From Candidatus Poribacteria bacterium (GTDB lineage: Bacteria; Poribacteria; WGA-4E; JAJDTR01): 64,000 nt of DNA. Both the position numbers and the translations under genes were made by a program. Positions 18,165 to 28,490 of the stretch are shown piece by piece. The DNA is taken from the NCBI GenBank assembly GCA_965222225.1, contig CBDCTK010000002.1, positions 5,056,850 to 5,120,849 of the forward strand. Reading direction: 5' to 3'. The first letter of the stretch is position 1, and every line of letters starts with the position of its first letter. Under the pieces are notes generated by a model, which saw only the letters and a list, made by a program, of their open reading frames with translations, did no database searches and was not told where the DNA came from.

Positions 18165-19553
18165 TCAGAATCTCCACATGTAAACATCTCCCTGATCATC
18201 TCGCACATCTGTCCATACCACGCTGAGAACCCCGGATTCGGATCTTAGTACGAACGGCGGATACTGTTCTCCCGGAGCCGTGCAGATTGGTACGCCATCT
18301 GCCTTCCAAGCCACCTTTCCTCCCAGATAGAACTGCTGTGCGTAAATCGCATCGCTGCTCGCATCGCCATAGTCTTCGCGGTAGTCCAACCACGCAACCA
18401 AGAACTGATTGTCGACAGACGGCACGATGAACGGACTATCCTGATGACCGCCGGCAGTACAGATAGGTACGCCGTTGTCCTTCCACCGAACCGTCCCGAA
18501 GGCGCCGACGCGTTGCGCGTAGAGATCCGAGTAAACATCGCGTTCATCACTCCATACGGCGATGATCCCTCCGTTACCGTCGCCGGTAATTGACGCGTTT
18601 TTCTGAATTTCAGGCGCATTACAAATTCGGACGCCCTCGTCTGCCCAAAGTTTTTTGCCGTCTGGACCAATCCGTTGTGCGTACAGGTTGTCGTTGATGA
18701 AATTCTCGTAGATTTGCCATGCGACGATGAATCCGCCATCATAATCACTTATGACGAGGGGTATTCCTTGCATACCTTCCAGCGGCGAAACAACAACCGG
18801 GGCGTCCCAAACAGGAGATCCGTTCATATTAAGCCGAAACGCCATGATGTGCCACGACTCGTACCCTATTACATCCCACCAGATGAGATAGAATCCGTTC
18901 GCGCCATCAGCGAGGAGTATGGGATCGCTCTGAAGAGAGTCGGACGGGAAAACCGGAATTCCATTTGTTTTCCACATCGGTTGACCGCTCGAATCGAGTC
19001 GTTGAATGTACAAGTCTTGGTGTTCTGCACTCCGTCGCGCGTCCTCCCACACAAAGATTGCACCACCGGCGCCATCACTCAGTATCGCCTGTGTGGATTG
19101 ATCGGCGGTATCCGTGCAAACCGGCACGCCGTCTGTCTGCCACAGTACTTTTCCTGACAAATCAATTGCCTGGGCGTAGATATCCCAATTACTCCGGTCC
19201 CGTCGATCGTTCCAAACCGCAATCACTTGATCACGGGAGCGCACCATTCTTAGCCTGCGTTGATTCCACCCGGCAAGACAGATTGGAACCCCATCCGCTT
19301 CCCATATTAATCTGCCTGTTGCGTCTACCCGTTGCGCGTAGATATCCCAATCCGTTCCCGTGCGGTAATCCTCCCAAGCAACGATGGCACCTCCTCTTCC
19401 GTCGCTGACCGTGCGAGGCATGAATTGTCCGTCCGGCGCAGTGCTCACCGGAATCTCTACCGCGCTTGCGGTGTGAGAAATGCCAAATAGTAGCAATATA
19501 CACAGGAAGTGTGATTTGGGATAGTTGGGCAAGTTGATTGAAAGTGACTGCAT
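18165..19553 (-). CDS. secreted repeat protein (about 7 x 60-aa DG.GG.I..W.D.R / IYAQR.D..G...W repeats; probable beta-propeller)
   Basis: Signal-peptide-like N-terminus; repeats visible throughout the translation. Confidence 0.8.
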   Translation of the reverse strand: MQSLSINLPNYPKSHFLCILLLFGISHTASAVEIPVSTAPDGQFMPRTVSDGRGGAIVAWEDYRTGTDWDIYAQRVDATGRLIWEADGVPICLAGWNQRRLRMVRSRDQVIAVWNDRRDRSNWDIYAQAIDLSGKVLWQTDGVPVCTDTADQSTQAILSDGAGGAIFVWEDARRSAEHQDLYIQRLDSSGQPMWKTNGIPVFPSDSLQSDPILLADGANGFYLIWWDVIGYESWHIMAFRLNMNGSPVWDAPVVVSPLEGMQGIPLVISDYDGGFIVAWQIYENFINDNLYAQRIGPDGKKLWADEGVRICNAPEIQKNASITGDGNGGIIAVWSDERDVYSDLYAQRVGAFGTVRWKDNGVPICTAGGHQDSPFIVPSVDNQFLVAWLDYREDYGDASSDAIYAQQFYLGGKVAWKADGVPICTAPGEQYPPFVLRSESGVLSVVWTDVRDDQGDVYMWRF

Positions 19554-19627
19554 AAATGATAATTAGTGATTTCCCTTTTGATAACACTTCCCCTTCGACA
19601 TGATTTTAATATTGAACTGAGAGGTAT

Positions 19628-20116
19628 TCATAACAAATCTCGCGGATACCACACATGCTCTAGCTTACCCACGGTTGCCCCGTCTAATTCACTCCATTGG
19701 TCAATGGGCAACGAAAAACTAGCAAGCGCAGCCGTAGGCATCGCGCAACTCCGCCCCAGCCTCGCGGCGAGGTCTTCCATACCGGGATTGTGTCCTACCA
19801 CCATCACTCGCCAATAATCATCTGAAATATGGTTTAAGACTTCGATATATATTCCAGCGGGGGCGTGGTAGAATTGTGGAGTGAACCGTATTTCACCTGC
19901 GTAGCCACACGCTTTGGCAACCCTTTTCGCCGTACTTCTCGCACGTTTCGCAGTTGAGCTGACAATCAAGTCCGGGACTAACCCTTGTTGTAGGATAAGC
20001 CTACCGACACGGGGGACATCCTGTTTGCCGCGCTTGTTGAGCGGTCGGTCATGGTCTAGCCAACTTGCGTCCTTCCAGCTAGACTTGGCATGACGCAGAA
20101 TTAGCAATGTTTTCAT
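19628..20116 (-). CDS. sixA: SixA-type histidine phosphatase
   Basis: MKTLLILRHAKSSW, DHDRPL..RG, SSTAKRA, VGHNPG, MPTA; start refined to 20116. Confidence 0.85.
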   Translation of the reverse strand: MKTLLILRHAKSSWKDASWLDHDRPLNKRGKQDVPRVGRLILQQGLVPDLIVSSTAKRARSTAKRVAKACGYAGEIRFTPQFYHAPAGIYIEVLNHISDDYWRVMVVGHNPGMEDLAARLGRSCAMPTAALASFSLPIDQWSELDGATVGKLEHVWYPRDLL

Positions 20117-20169
20117 CCGATTCCCTTCTTTGAACGACTTGAGAATTGACGGTATTCCGGCTTTAAATC

Positions 20170-23100
20170 TTACGACAACTCTTTTAGCAGTATTTCCGCT
20201 TCCTTCAAATCCGTGGCATCGAATCCCTCTGTGAACCAACTATAAACATGGGCGAGAATTTCGCTAGCTTCTGAGGTTTTTACCTTGTGCTGATGCAATC
20301 TGCCTAGACTGACTGCTGCTCGTAACTCCAGGATTTTTGCTTCCTGCCGATGCGCGACCTGGATTGCCCGCCGAAAACAGTCTTCAGCATCGGTTTCGGG
20401 GCTGCCGTCCATCAACAGCAGTTCTCCTTTGAGCCGGTATAATTCCGCTTCGTATAGACGCTCGTCGTTTTGGGCAACGGTATCTAATGCTGCATCCAAC
20501 GTCTTCAAACCTTCCGCAATTTGCCCTGCCCTTGCATACGCCTGCGCCAAGACACCAAGATAGAACGGAAGGAATATCGCCGCACCCGTCGAACGCCATG
20601 CGTCCAATCCGCCGCATATCTCCTCAATTCCTTCCGTAAACTGTCCGTGCTTGGACAATGCCCATCCCCGCAAGATTACCCCTGCGGCACGCCACATTGG
20701 GAATCCGTGCTCCGTTGAAAGCGAGATTAATTTCTCTGCCTGTGCTTGGGCTGAGTCCGCCTCACGATGGCACTGATAGTGTAGGAAGGTTGCGAAGAAT
20801 AGCGTAACCACTTGGCTGAAAGCATGCGGCAGCTCCTCAGAGATTATCTGAGCTTCCGCACTATAACGCAACGCGCGTTCCGGATATCCCAAGAACCAAA
20901 GGGTTGTAGCCGCATAACATAGACAGGTCATTCCCGGCTCTGCCATGTAGTGAAGGAAAGCATGTGATCGATGATACTGTGGCTGGTACTGGGCAATCCC
21001 TTCTTCAAGGTAAGCGTGCGCCATGGCAAGTTCCCCAAGATAGAATAACGTCGCTCCCATTGCCCGATGTGCTTCAAGCATCAGCGCCACGTCCTGTTGC
21101 TGTCTAGCAAGTGCAATACAGCGTTCACCTAGTTCGCGCGCTGAGTCCAATTCCGCGCGCACCAAATAACTCAGCCAAAGTCCAAACAGCAACGGAAATC
21201 TTAGCAATTTCAGTTCTTCGGACGTGGTTTCGCCGATGCGCTCGGCGAGTTCTTGGGCTCTAATGTAGATTGCCGCTACCTCTGGTGCGCCATACCCTTT
21301 CGTAGCAACCATAGCAGGCCCTAGTGTGATTTGCAATACGAATTCTTGGTGCATTCGCTCTGGGGTTTCAGGCAGTGCCTTAATCAGCTCTAGCCCCTTA
21401 ATTAGGTGATTTATCCCTTCCAAGTTTGCCGACCTCTCAATTGCGCGCTGTCCCGCTTGTTGCCAGTAAGAAATCGCTTGTTCGCTTTTGGCTTCCGTGA
21501 AGTGGTGTGCCAATAATTCGGGCTGTGTTTCAGCGAATTCGGGGAACTGTTCAACCAACGTTGTGGCGATTTGAAGATGATGCCACTCCCTTTTATCCTT
21601 AAGCAAGGACTGATAGGCAGTTTCTTGAATTAGGGCGTGTCTAAATCTATATGTTACCCCGATTTGAGAAGCACCGGCTCGATCAAGAAGCTGTGCTTCC
21701 AGCAGCCGAGTTATTTCGCGTTGCAGTAGGGGTTCGCTTTGCCGCGAGATTGCCTTTAGCAGTTCATAATCTACTTCGCGTCCAAGCGTAGCTGCCAGTT
21801 GCGCAATCTCTTTCGCCGTGCCCAAGCGATCCAACCGTGCCATTAGTGAGTCGTGCAATGTGGCAGGGATGGCAAGTTGTGGCAACGAACGCGTCAACTC
21901 ATAGTGGCCGTCAACCTCTTTCATCCAAGCTGACTCTAGCACCATTTTGGTCAACTCTTGAGCGAAAAGCGGAATTCCGTCAGTCTTTGACACGATTTGC
22001 TCAGTGACGGACGCAGGCAATTCCTTTCCATCTGCAACCTCAACAACCATATCTGTCACCTGCCGCTGGGTAAGTCGATTTAGCGAAATCGACGTAAGGT
22101 GCGGTGGAACGACCCACTCCGGGGTGAAGAGCGAACGATACGCCAACAATATAAAAACGCGGGAAGATGCGGCTCTCTCGATCAATAGAGAGATTAGTTC
22201 TAGGGTAGATGGATCAACCCAATGTAAATCTTCAACCAAAAATAGTACCGGGCGCTGGGCTGCCTTCTTCAATATAACCCTGAGTAACCCCTCCAAGGTT
22301 TTCTGCCTTTGTTGCTCCGGAGGCAGATCGGATGGCGTATAGCTATCGCCGAGTTGTAAGGAGAAAAGACGGGCGAAGAGCGGTACCATTTCATCAAGAG
22401 GCAGGCTGTATTTCGCCAAGAAATGCTCCAACTTACCTAAGTTTACCTTCGCGGAGTTCGCACGATCGAACTGCAATTCCTCTCTTTGAAAGAGTTCAAC
22501 AATCGGATAAAATGGACTGTTTTGGTAATAGGATGTACAAAAACATTCCATCAGCGTTGCGTCTGAGCGGCTCACAACATGTTGCTTCAACTCCTGAACC
22601 ACACGAGATTTGCCTATTCCCGGTTCACCAGTTAAGGTAACCGCTTGTCCCTCCCCGGACGCCGCCTGTGCCCAACGTTCGATTAGAAGTTCAATCTCCT
22701 GCTCTCGGCCAACAATCGGGGCTAGTCCGGCATCGACCGTCATACGAGGGCGCCCCGTTAAGAGCGTTTCACCCAGAACTTGATACAGACGCATTGACTC
22801 GGAAATGCCTCTTAGTGACTGAACGCCCAGATCTCGGCATCCAAAGGAATCGAGCACCAATCGGTGTGTGGTAGGTCCTATTACTACGGTATTCGGCTCG
22901 GCAATCTCTTGCATTCGTGCCGCGACGTTCGGCATTTGCCCAACGACCGCCATTGATTCCAATTCGCCGCCCTTGCTCATGTCGCCAGCAACGACCATGC
23001 CGGTGTGAATGCTTAAGCGAACGTCAAGCGTGACCTCCATTGTTTGTTGAATACGTGTTTCAAGCTTTTCAATCGCATCTACGATTTCAAGCGCGGCGTG

Positions 23101-23460
23101 TACTGCACGGTGAGCGGCATCTTCGTGCGCAACCGGATATCCGAAATAGATTAGAAGTCCATCTCCAAAATACCGCGCGATGTGCCCCTCAAAATGGCGC
23201 ACCGCCCTTGCGCAAACTGCCTGATACTGCTGCAGTAGTCCACGAAGCTCTTCGGGATCCAATCGTTCCGCGAGTATGGTCGAACCTACAAGATCGCAGA
23301 AGAGCACGGTCAATTGACGCCGTTCTGCGTCAATCTCTTTCGATTGTTCATCGGTCTGGTTGAGTTCAAAAGCGCTCGTCGGTGAAGCTAGAGACGAACC
23401 GCATTGTCCGCAGAACTTGAACTGTGCGGGATTCTCAAATCTGCAATTGGCGCATATCAT
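20170..23460 (-). CDS. zinc-ribbon + class III adenylate/guanylate cyclase + AAA (STAND) ATPase + TPR protein
   Basis: CANC...CGQC; ERRQLTVLFCDLVGST; YFGDGLL; GEPGIGKS Walker A; LVEDLHW Walker B; C-terminal TPR helices. Confidence 0.9.
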   Translation of the reverse strand: MICANCRFENPAQFKFCGQCGSSLASPTSAFELNQTDEQSKEIDAERRQLTVLFCDLVGSTILAERLDPEELRGLLQQYQAVCARAVRHFEGHIARYFGDGLLIYFGYPVAHEDAAHRAVHAALEIVDAIEKLETRIQQTMEVTLDVRLSIHTGMVVAGDMSKGGELESMAVVGQMPNVAARMQEIAEPNTVVIGPTTHRLVLDSFGCRDLGVQSLRGISESMRLYQVLGETLLTGRPRMTVDAGLAPIVGREQEIELLIERWAQAASGEGQAVTLTGEPGIGKSRVVQELKQHVVSRSDATLMECFCTSYYQNSPFYPIVELFQREELQFDRANSAKVNLGKLEHFLAKYSLPLDEMVPLFARLFSLQLGDSYTPSDLPPEQQRQKTLEGLLRVILKKAAQRPVLFLVEDLHWVDPSTLELISLLIERAASSRVFILLAYRSLFTPEWVVPPHLTSISLNRLTQRQVTDMVVEVADGKELPASVTEQIVSKTDGIPLFAQELTKMVLESAWMKEVDGHYELTRSLPQLAIPATLHDSLMARLDRLGTAKEIAQLAATLGREVDYELLKAISRQSEPLLQREITRLLEAQLLDRAGASQIGVTYRFRHALIQETAYQSLLKDKREWHHLQIATTLVEQFPEFAETQPELLAHHFTEAKSEQAISYWQQAGQRAIERSANLEGINHLIKGLELIKALPETPERMHQEFVLQITLGPAMVATKGYGAPEVAAIYIRAQELAERIGETTSEELKLLRFPLLFGLWLSYLVRAELDSARELGERCIALARQQQDVALMLEAHRAMGATLFYLGELAMAHAYLEEGIAQYQPQYHRSHAFLHYMAEPGMTCLCYAATTLWFLGYPERALRYSAEAQIISEELPHAFSQVVTLFFATFLHYQCHREADSAQAQAEKLISLSTEHGFPMWRAAGVILRGWALSKHGQFTEGIEEICGGLDAWRSTGAAIFLPFYLGVLAQAYARAGQIAEGLKTLDAALDTVAQNDERLYEAELYRLKGELLLMDGSPETDAEDCFRRAIQVAHRQEAKILELRAAVSLGRLHQHKVKTSEASEILAHVYSWFTEGFDATDLKEAEILLKELS

Positions 23461-23586
23461 AAGTAGAATGTCGGGCTTATTTTCCAGTAAGTTTGATGGG
23501 AACAAAGACATAAACGGAGGACAGCATTATGCACCACCTTCATAGTGAACTCAGCATGCACTTGGCAGCACCGAGTTATTTCGCGC

Positions 23587-25228
23587 TCAAAATGTCTGAG
23601 GCCTAAGAATCTTTCCATTGATGTGCGTCCACTTACCCTCATCAACATGATACACTGCAACCTCGTTTTCAAAATCGTCATAGAATCGCACGTAAATGCC
23701 ATTGGCAGAATTACTCCAGTTGGCTTGATTAGCGAAATCCTTGACTGAAAAACCATCCGCAGGGCGCAGAATATACCACGTCTTCGATTCATCGTCCCAA
23801 TCGTATCCCTCAGTTTTAAGTAATTCTTTGACTGCTGTCGTGGGTCTAGAGCCATGTCCGTATTGGTTGCCTACCCGGATGAGAATTTTCGAGGCGCACG
23901 CCGGAGGGGGATAATCCGACCATTTTAGCTTGGAGAGTTCCATGTTTTCTTCCAAATCCTCAAGAAATGGCGAAGGGTTGCCGCCCTTAGTCAAAATATA
24001 CAGTTCCTCGACAGCGCGGGTCAACGCTACATAAAAAAGACGGCGTTCTTCATCAATAATGAGACGTTCACTGTCTCCAAAAACGCGATTAAAAAACCAA
24101 TTGGGGTGCACTAACGGATAGCGTCTAATGTTTGCATCAAGCACGATTACTGCATCCTTCTGAAGTCCTTTGAATTTATGAACCGTCGAGATTTTGACTT
24201 TTTTCGCATGATCACTGGACAGCCTACTGCATAACACTGCAAGAAAGCGATCGAGTCCGCGTTTACCTGACAACATTCCCCAGTTTTCATAATTAATGCT
24301 CCAAGGCTCACTATTTATTCGGCTGAGTAGGACGACATTCTTGCCATCGTCTATAATTTTTCTCACCAGACACAATAAAGCATGGGTAGAGTAGTCTCCG
24401 AGGTTTGGGTAATTTTCATGGAGAATTCGAGCTAAAGGAAAAGTGTCAAGATCGGCAATCACAACTTTTCCCTTAACCGTTTTGTGGGCCAGAGCAGACT
24501 TACCCCGGCCTTGCATCAATGCGTTCCCGACATCCACAACCTCCCCAACCGATCGGTAATTTCTAATCACATGAAGTTTGCGAGAATTCTGAAACGCCTG
24601 GCAGAAATTCTTGAAAAAGTGGAGATCAGAACCAGCAAAGCTGTTTATTGCTTGCCAGTCGTCACCAACGCAGAAAAAGCGTGCATGCGTATTCTTCTCA
24701 CGAATTGCTTTTGTCAGCCGATAAAAGAGTTCCGAGAAATCTTGATATTCATCAATGAACACATATCGAACATGCTTCAGGTTACAAGTGCGAGGTCGGT
24801 GTGGAGCTATCTTTTCCTTATAGTGAAATTCCGTTTCCCCATTCTTAATGATTTCCACAGCTCGCTGCACCAGCCCATCAAAATCTTCTTCTTCTGGTCG
24901 TTGTAAACCGTAGGCATCAAAACGTTCCAAATACGATCTGTAGAAATCTTGAACAAGATTCAAGAAATGCTCCTCGACATCGTTGATACAATTGTGGTCC
25001 TGTATTTTTTTTGAAAGTTCCGTTAAGGTTAGAGAGAGTTTTCGGCATCGTTGTATAAATCCTCTAACAACCTCTGTAAAGTCGACTATAGCGCCGCCTT
25101 TTATCTGATGCCATATCTGATTATCGCTGAGTCGAACGCACGAGATTCCCAGAGCTTCAAGGTCCTGCTTCAACAAAGCACAAAAATCGTCCTCTCCTCT
25201 TCTTACATCATGTGGAGAATAATCAAGG
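23587..25228 (-). pseudogene. 5'-truncated UvrD/HelD-like SF1 helicase
   Basis: FIDEYQD, VGDDWQAINSFAGSD, NYRS, STVHKFKG, ERRLFYVALTRA present; Walker A absent; the frame stays open up to the IS1595 end at 25229. Confidence 0.75.
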
Positions 25229-25361
25229 GGACTTAGTAGTTAACTGCTTTTTGGTCGATTTGCTTGCTTTTCTCTTCTTAATGTACAATCATTTTAGACA
25301 GTGTTCGGAATCTTGATTCACACTAAAATACATCTCTATAAGAGAGAAATGGAGGCATATC

Positions 25362-25484
25362 ATGTTGACCAAGCGTTTGTACATGCTCGCGGGAGCATTG
25401 CGGGTTATCTGCGGGATTTTAATTTCCAACACTATGGGATTTTCAGCACACCATGATGTTGTCGTTGACAGAATATACCGATAG
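25362..25484 (+). CDS. possible 40-aa passenger ORF inside IS1595
   Basis: RBS GGAGG; MLTKRLYMLAGALRVICGILISNTMGFSAHHDVVVDRIYR*, signal-peptide-like. Confidence 0.25.
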   Translation: MLTKRLYMLAGALRVICGILISNTMGFSAHHDVVVDRIYR

Positions 25485-25502
25485 CCAAACAATTCATGTG
25501 GC

Positions 25503-26357
25503 TCAGGTGAAGCATTCATCAAAAAATCTTATGAAAATCTCATCATCTTTTCTGCGATTATATTTCCAGCAAGACTCCATGATATACAGTGGCAGCCACT
25601 TCTTGCTGTAGTGATGATGCGTTCCGTAGAATGACCTCTTGACACAAGCCCAAAACGACTCGATGGTGTTGGTGTGAGTTACGCCGTCCTCAGAAACATA
25701 TCTCTCTTGGTGATGGATAACATGTCTTTCGATATCTTCGTCCAGACTATTGTAAGAGCGAAATTCATCAGTCATAAGAATAGACTCATCGGGTGAGACA
25801 TTGCTAAGGATGAATTCTCTGATATTTTCACCAGATAGAACCTTCATGAATTTAGCAACCACCCGACCGCCTCTCTCGACTACGCCGATGACGGGAGATT
25901 TATTTGTGCCTCTACCTCTCTTAGATTTTGCTCTGGGTTTGCCGCCGACATAGGTTTCGTCCGCTTCAACTATCCCTTTCAGCAATTCATCACTATCACT
26001 CATTTTCTCACGGAGGCGCATTGCCATATACCAAGCGGACTTTTGATTCATGTCCAAGTCACGAGCAAGCTGACAACTCGATATGCTTTTCTTGGCATTG
26101 GAAAGAATTGAGATAGCCAAAAACCATTTCTGGAGAGGTATCTTGGTACCATGGAAGATGGTTCCTGCTGTAGCCGAAAAGCTAGATTCACAATCGTAGC
26201 AATTCCAACCAGTAGTAATGTCGTTTTTGTTCTTGCGTCCAACTTTTTCACTGCCACAGTGGATACAGCAAACACCGTCCTTCCAACGTTTTTCCTCTAT
26301 AAATCTGAGACAAGATTCTTGATTTGGAAACTCTTTCATAAGATTCAAAATGTCCAT
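25503..26357 (-). CDS. IS1595-family transposase (intact)
   Basis: CIHC/CYDC zinc ribbon; GTIFHGTKIPLQKWF; VEADETYVGG, LMTDE, HTNTIESFW, KYNRR. Confidence 0.9.
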   Translation of the reverse strand: MDILNLMKEFPNQESCLRFIEEKRWKDGVCCIHCGSEKVGRKNKNDITTGWNCYDCESSFSATAGTIFHGTKIPLQKWFLAISILSNAKKSISSCQLARDLDMNQKSAWYMAMRLREKMSDSDELLKGIVEADETYVGGKPRAKSKRGRGTNKSPVIGVVERGGRVVAKFMKVLSGENIREFILSNVSPDESILMTDEFRSYNSLDEDIERHVIHHQERYVSEDGVTHTNTIESFWACVKRSFYGTHHHYSKKWLPLYIMESCWKYNRRKDDEIFIRFFDECFT

Positions 26358-26467
26358 AGCAAACTCCTACGAGAAGAATAGTCACTATGGACATCTACGT
26401 GTGACGAAAAGATTTACGACAGGGTACCAAGTTTTATGTTTGTCGTCAGTCTAAAAGCTACAAGCTA

Positions 26468-26989
26468 CTAATTCCGTGCAAGTTTAATCACGACACCGGC
26501 TAACTTGAGGCTCGGTAGGGCTATGATTCGCCGGGCAATCTCCAAAGTTTCGAGTGACGTCTTCGGTCGTTTTTTATTTCCATTATCATCGATTTCCATG
26601 AGAATTAACGTTTGCAAACCCATCCGCTCGGAAAGTCGGGAAATTTCATTGACGGCAGCTAGTGAATCTGCGGCCAAATGAACCTCAAGATGCTTCGCTA
26701 GATTTAGCATGCTTTCTAACTCTCTGACGTTAAGAACACTGCGTGGGATAAGAATGTCAGTGAAACCCGCATCGGCAAATCCCTGACCCTCGCTCAGCGT
26801 CCGGCAGGAGATTCCGCAAGCCCTGACCACTATCTGTTTGCAAGCAATCATCGGTATTTTGTGGCAGCCGACATCAACCCGCAGATTAACCTGATGTGCG
26901 CGACAGTAATCCGCCATACGTTCTATATTGGCGTTTAAGACGGGCTGCTCAATTAGTAGTGCAGGGGTTTCAAGTTCGCCAATCCGCAT
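26468..26989 (-). pseudogene. 3'-truncated DSD1/D-threonine-aldolase-like alanine racemase-fold gene
   Basis: ELETPALLI...NIERMADYC, paralogous to 36289-37398; the ORF ends inside the IS1595 TIR. Confidence 0.7.
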
Positions 26990-27055
26990 AATTCTCGCAA
27001 TGTTCCTGGATCTAAGCTGTTGCGCGGGGGCTACCTTCGTTATGTGAAATTTCTA

Positions 27056-27084
27056 TTGCAGGTGTAAGCGTATTGTGATAAAAT
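27056..27084 (+). promoter_or_regulatory. sigma70-type promoter of gspG-like gene
   Basis: TTGCAG-17 nt-TAAAAT with upstream TG; implies the true start is downstream of ATG 27083. Confidence 0.5.
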
Positions 27085-27115
27085 GGCGCCAAATATAGAT
27101 GGCGGAGGCATCCCT

Positions 27116-27568
27116 TTGAAAGAGATGACGCATCGACAATCCGGTCTGACATCCACACAGATACTCATTGTTCTCGTTGTAATCGGCATCGTGGCGGCGG
27201 TAATTCTAGCCCCCAGATTGCTGGGTCAAGCTGGCAAGGCGCAACAAGCCCAGGCCGTCGAAGAGATCGAAAAAATCGGCATCGCGCTTGACCGCTACGC
27301 TAAAGATAACGGGGATTACCCATCAACAGAGCAGGGGTTGGCTGCACTTTGGGAGAAACCTGAAGAACCACCTCTTCCCATTGATTGGAAGGGTCCCTAC
27401 CTACAAATCCCAATCACAAAAGACCCGTGGGGAAACGAGTACGTTTACATTCGACCAGGTATTCATGACAGATACGGATATGATTTGATTTCATTTGGCA
27501 GTGACGGGCGAGAAGGCGGGACTGGTGATGCCGAAGAGATTGTAAGTTGGATTCGCCCGGACGAATAG
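27116..27568 (+). CDS. gspG: type II secretion major pseudopilin GspG-like
   Basis: YP.TEQGL.AL...P....W.GPYL...DPWG..Y.Y..PG...YDL.SFG.DG..GG.G T2SSG domain; RBS GGAGG at 27104. Confidence 0.8.
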   Translation: MKEMTHRQSGLTSTQILIVLVVIGIVAAVILAPRLLGQAGKAQQAQAVEEIEKIGIALDRYAKDNGDYPSTEQGLAALWEKPEEPPLPIDWKGPYLQIPITKDPWGNEYVYIRPGIHDRYGYDLISFGSDGREGGTGDAEEIVSWIRPDE

Positions 27569-27638
27569 GGTTGCATTCGAAAGCCAAAACCTTGGCAATT
27601 CGGCTGACGTACCTCGCAGAACACTTGCGGATGAGAAT

Positions 27639-28358
27639 TTAATGAGGGCGTGCGGCGGCGAGTGCCGATTGTAGATCAAGATCTCCGGTATATAACGCTC
27701 TGCCAATTATCGCCCCGCTTGCGCCGATAGATTTGAGGGTTTTTAGGTCCTCGCCTGATGTAATTCCCCCCGAAGCAACAACATCGATCTCGACTGCCTC
27801 CACAACCGCCCGCGTAGCCTCCATATTGGGCCCCTTAAGCATACCGTCACTCTTGATGTCCGTGTAGATAATCGTGAGGACGCCCAGATTCTGCATTTCT
27901 TTGGCGAACTCAATCGCCGGTTTGTGCGAGACTTTAAGCCAACCCTCCGTTGCCACCAATTCATCTTTGGCATCGATTCCTACAGCAATTTGCGCACCGT
28001 ATTTGCGACACGCACGCTCCACCAACACCGGGTTCTTGAGGGCTGCCGTGCCTAGAATGGCTCGCGAAACGCCGAGATTCACAACCAGATCCAACCGTTC
28101 GAGCGTCCGGATTCCTCCGCCCAGTTGTACGGGAATCTGAATTGCCTCAACGATTTCTCTGACTATTTGCAGATTTGCTGACGTACCGTGAAATGCGCCA
28201 TCAAGATCGACGAGATGGAGATACTCCGCGCCTTCCGCCTCCCAGCGTTTCGCCATTTCTATCGGCTGATCCGAAAAGATTGTTTCCTCTTCTGCGCGAC
28301 CCTGAACGAGATTGACGCATTTTCCATTCCGTAAATCGATTGCGGGCAAAATGAGCAT
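27639..28358 (-). CDS. hisA: phosphoribosylformimino-5-aminoimidazole carboxamide ribotide isomerase
   Basis: LPAIDLRNGKCV.L.QG, LHLVDLDGA, QLGGGIR, IYTDI..DG.L.G, ASGG. Confidence 0.95.
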   Translation of the reverse strand: MLILPAIDLRNGKCVNLVQGRAEEETIFSDQPIEMAKRWEAEGAEYLHLVDLDGAFHGTSANLQIVREIVEAIQIPVQLGGGIRTLERLDLVVNLGVSRAILGTAALKNPVLVERACRKYGAQIAVGIDAKDELVATEGWLKVSHKPAIEFAKEMQNLGVLTIIYTDIKSDGMLKGPNMEATRAVVEAVEIDVVASGGITSGEDLKTLKSIGASGAIIGRALYTGDLDLQSALAAARPH

Positions 28359-28490
28359 GATTGGTGACTTCGCTTTCCTCAATTCGGCTTGACATGCAAC
28401 CTGCTGGTCGCTAAAATATATCAAACTTACCTGCTTATTACAATAAATAAACTACGAAAATCCCGTGGCAACGAGGAGGAAGGGACATAA

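Larger units (their letters stand above)
25229..26475 (-). mobile_element. IS1595-family insertion sequence (1247 bp)
   Basis: Imperfect TIRs GGACTTAGTAG (25229-25239) / CTACTAATTCC (26465-26475), extending to CTGCTTTT / AAAAGCTA; no target duplication. Confidence 0.75.

Noticed and set aside
25289-25522. 77-aa - strand ORF downstream of the IS1595 transposase
   Set aside because: No RBS or motif and it lies inside the IS; the + strand 40-aa ORF has better signals.
27083-27115. ATG 27083 as gspG start
   Set aside because: It overlaps the -10 hexamer; the RBS GGAGG at 27104 points to TTG 27116 or ATG 27125.
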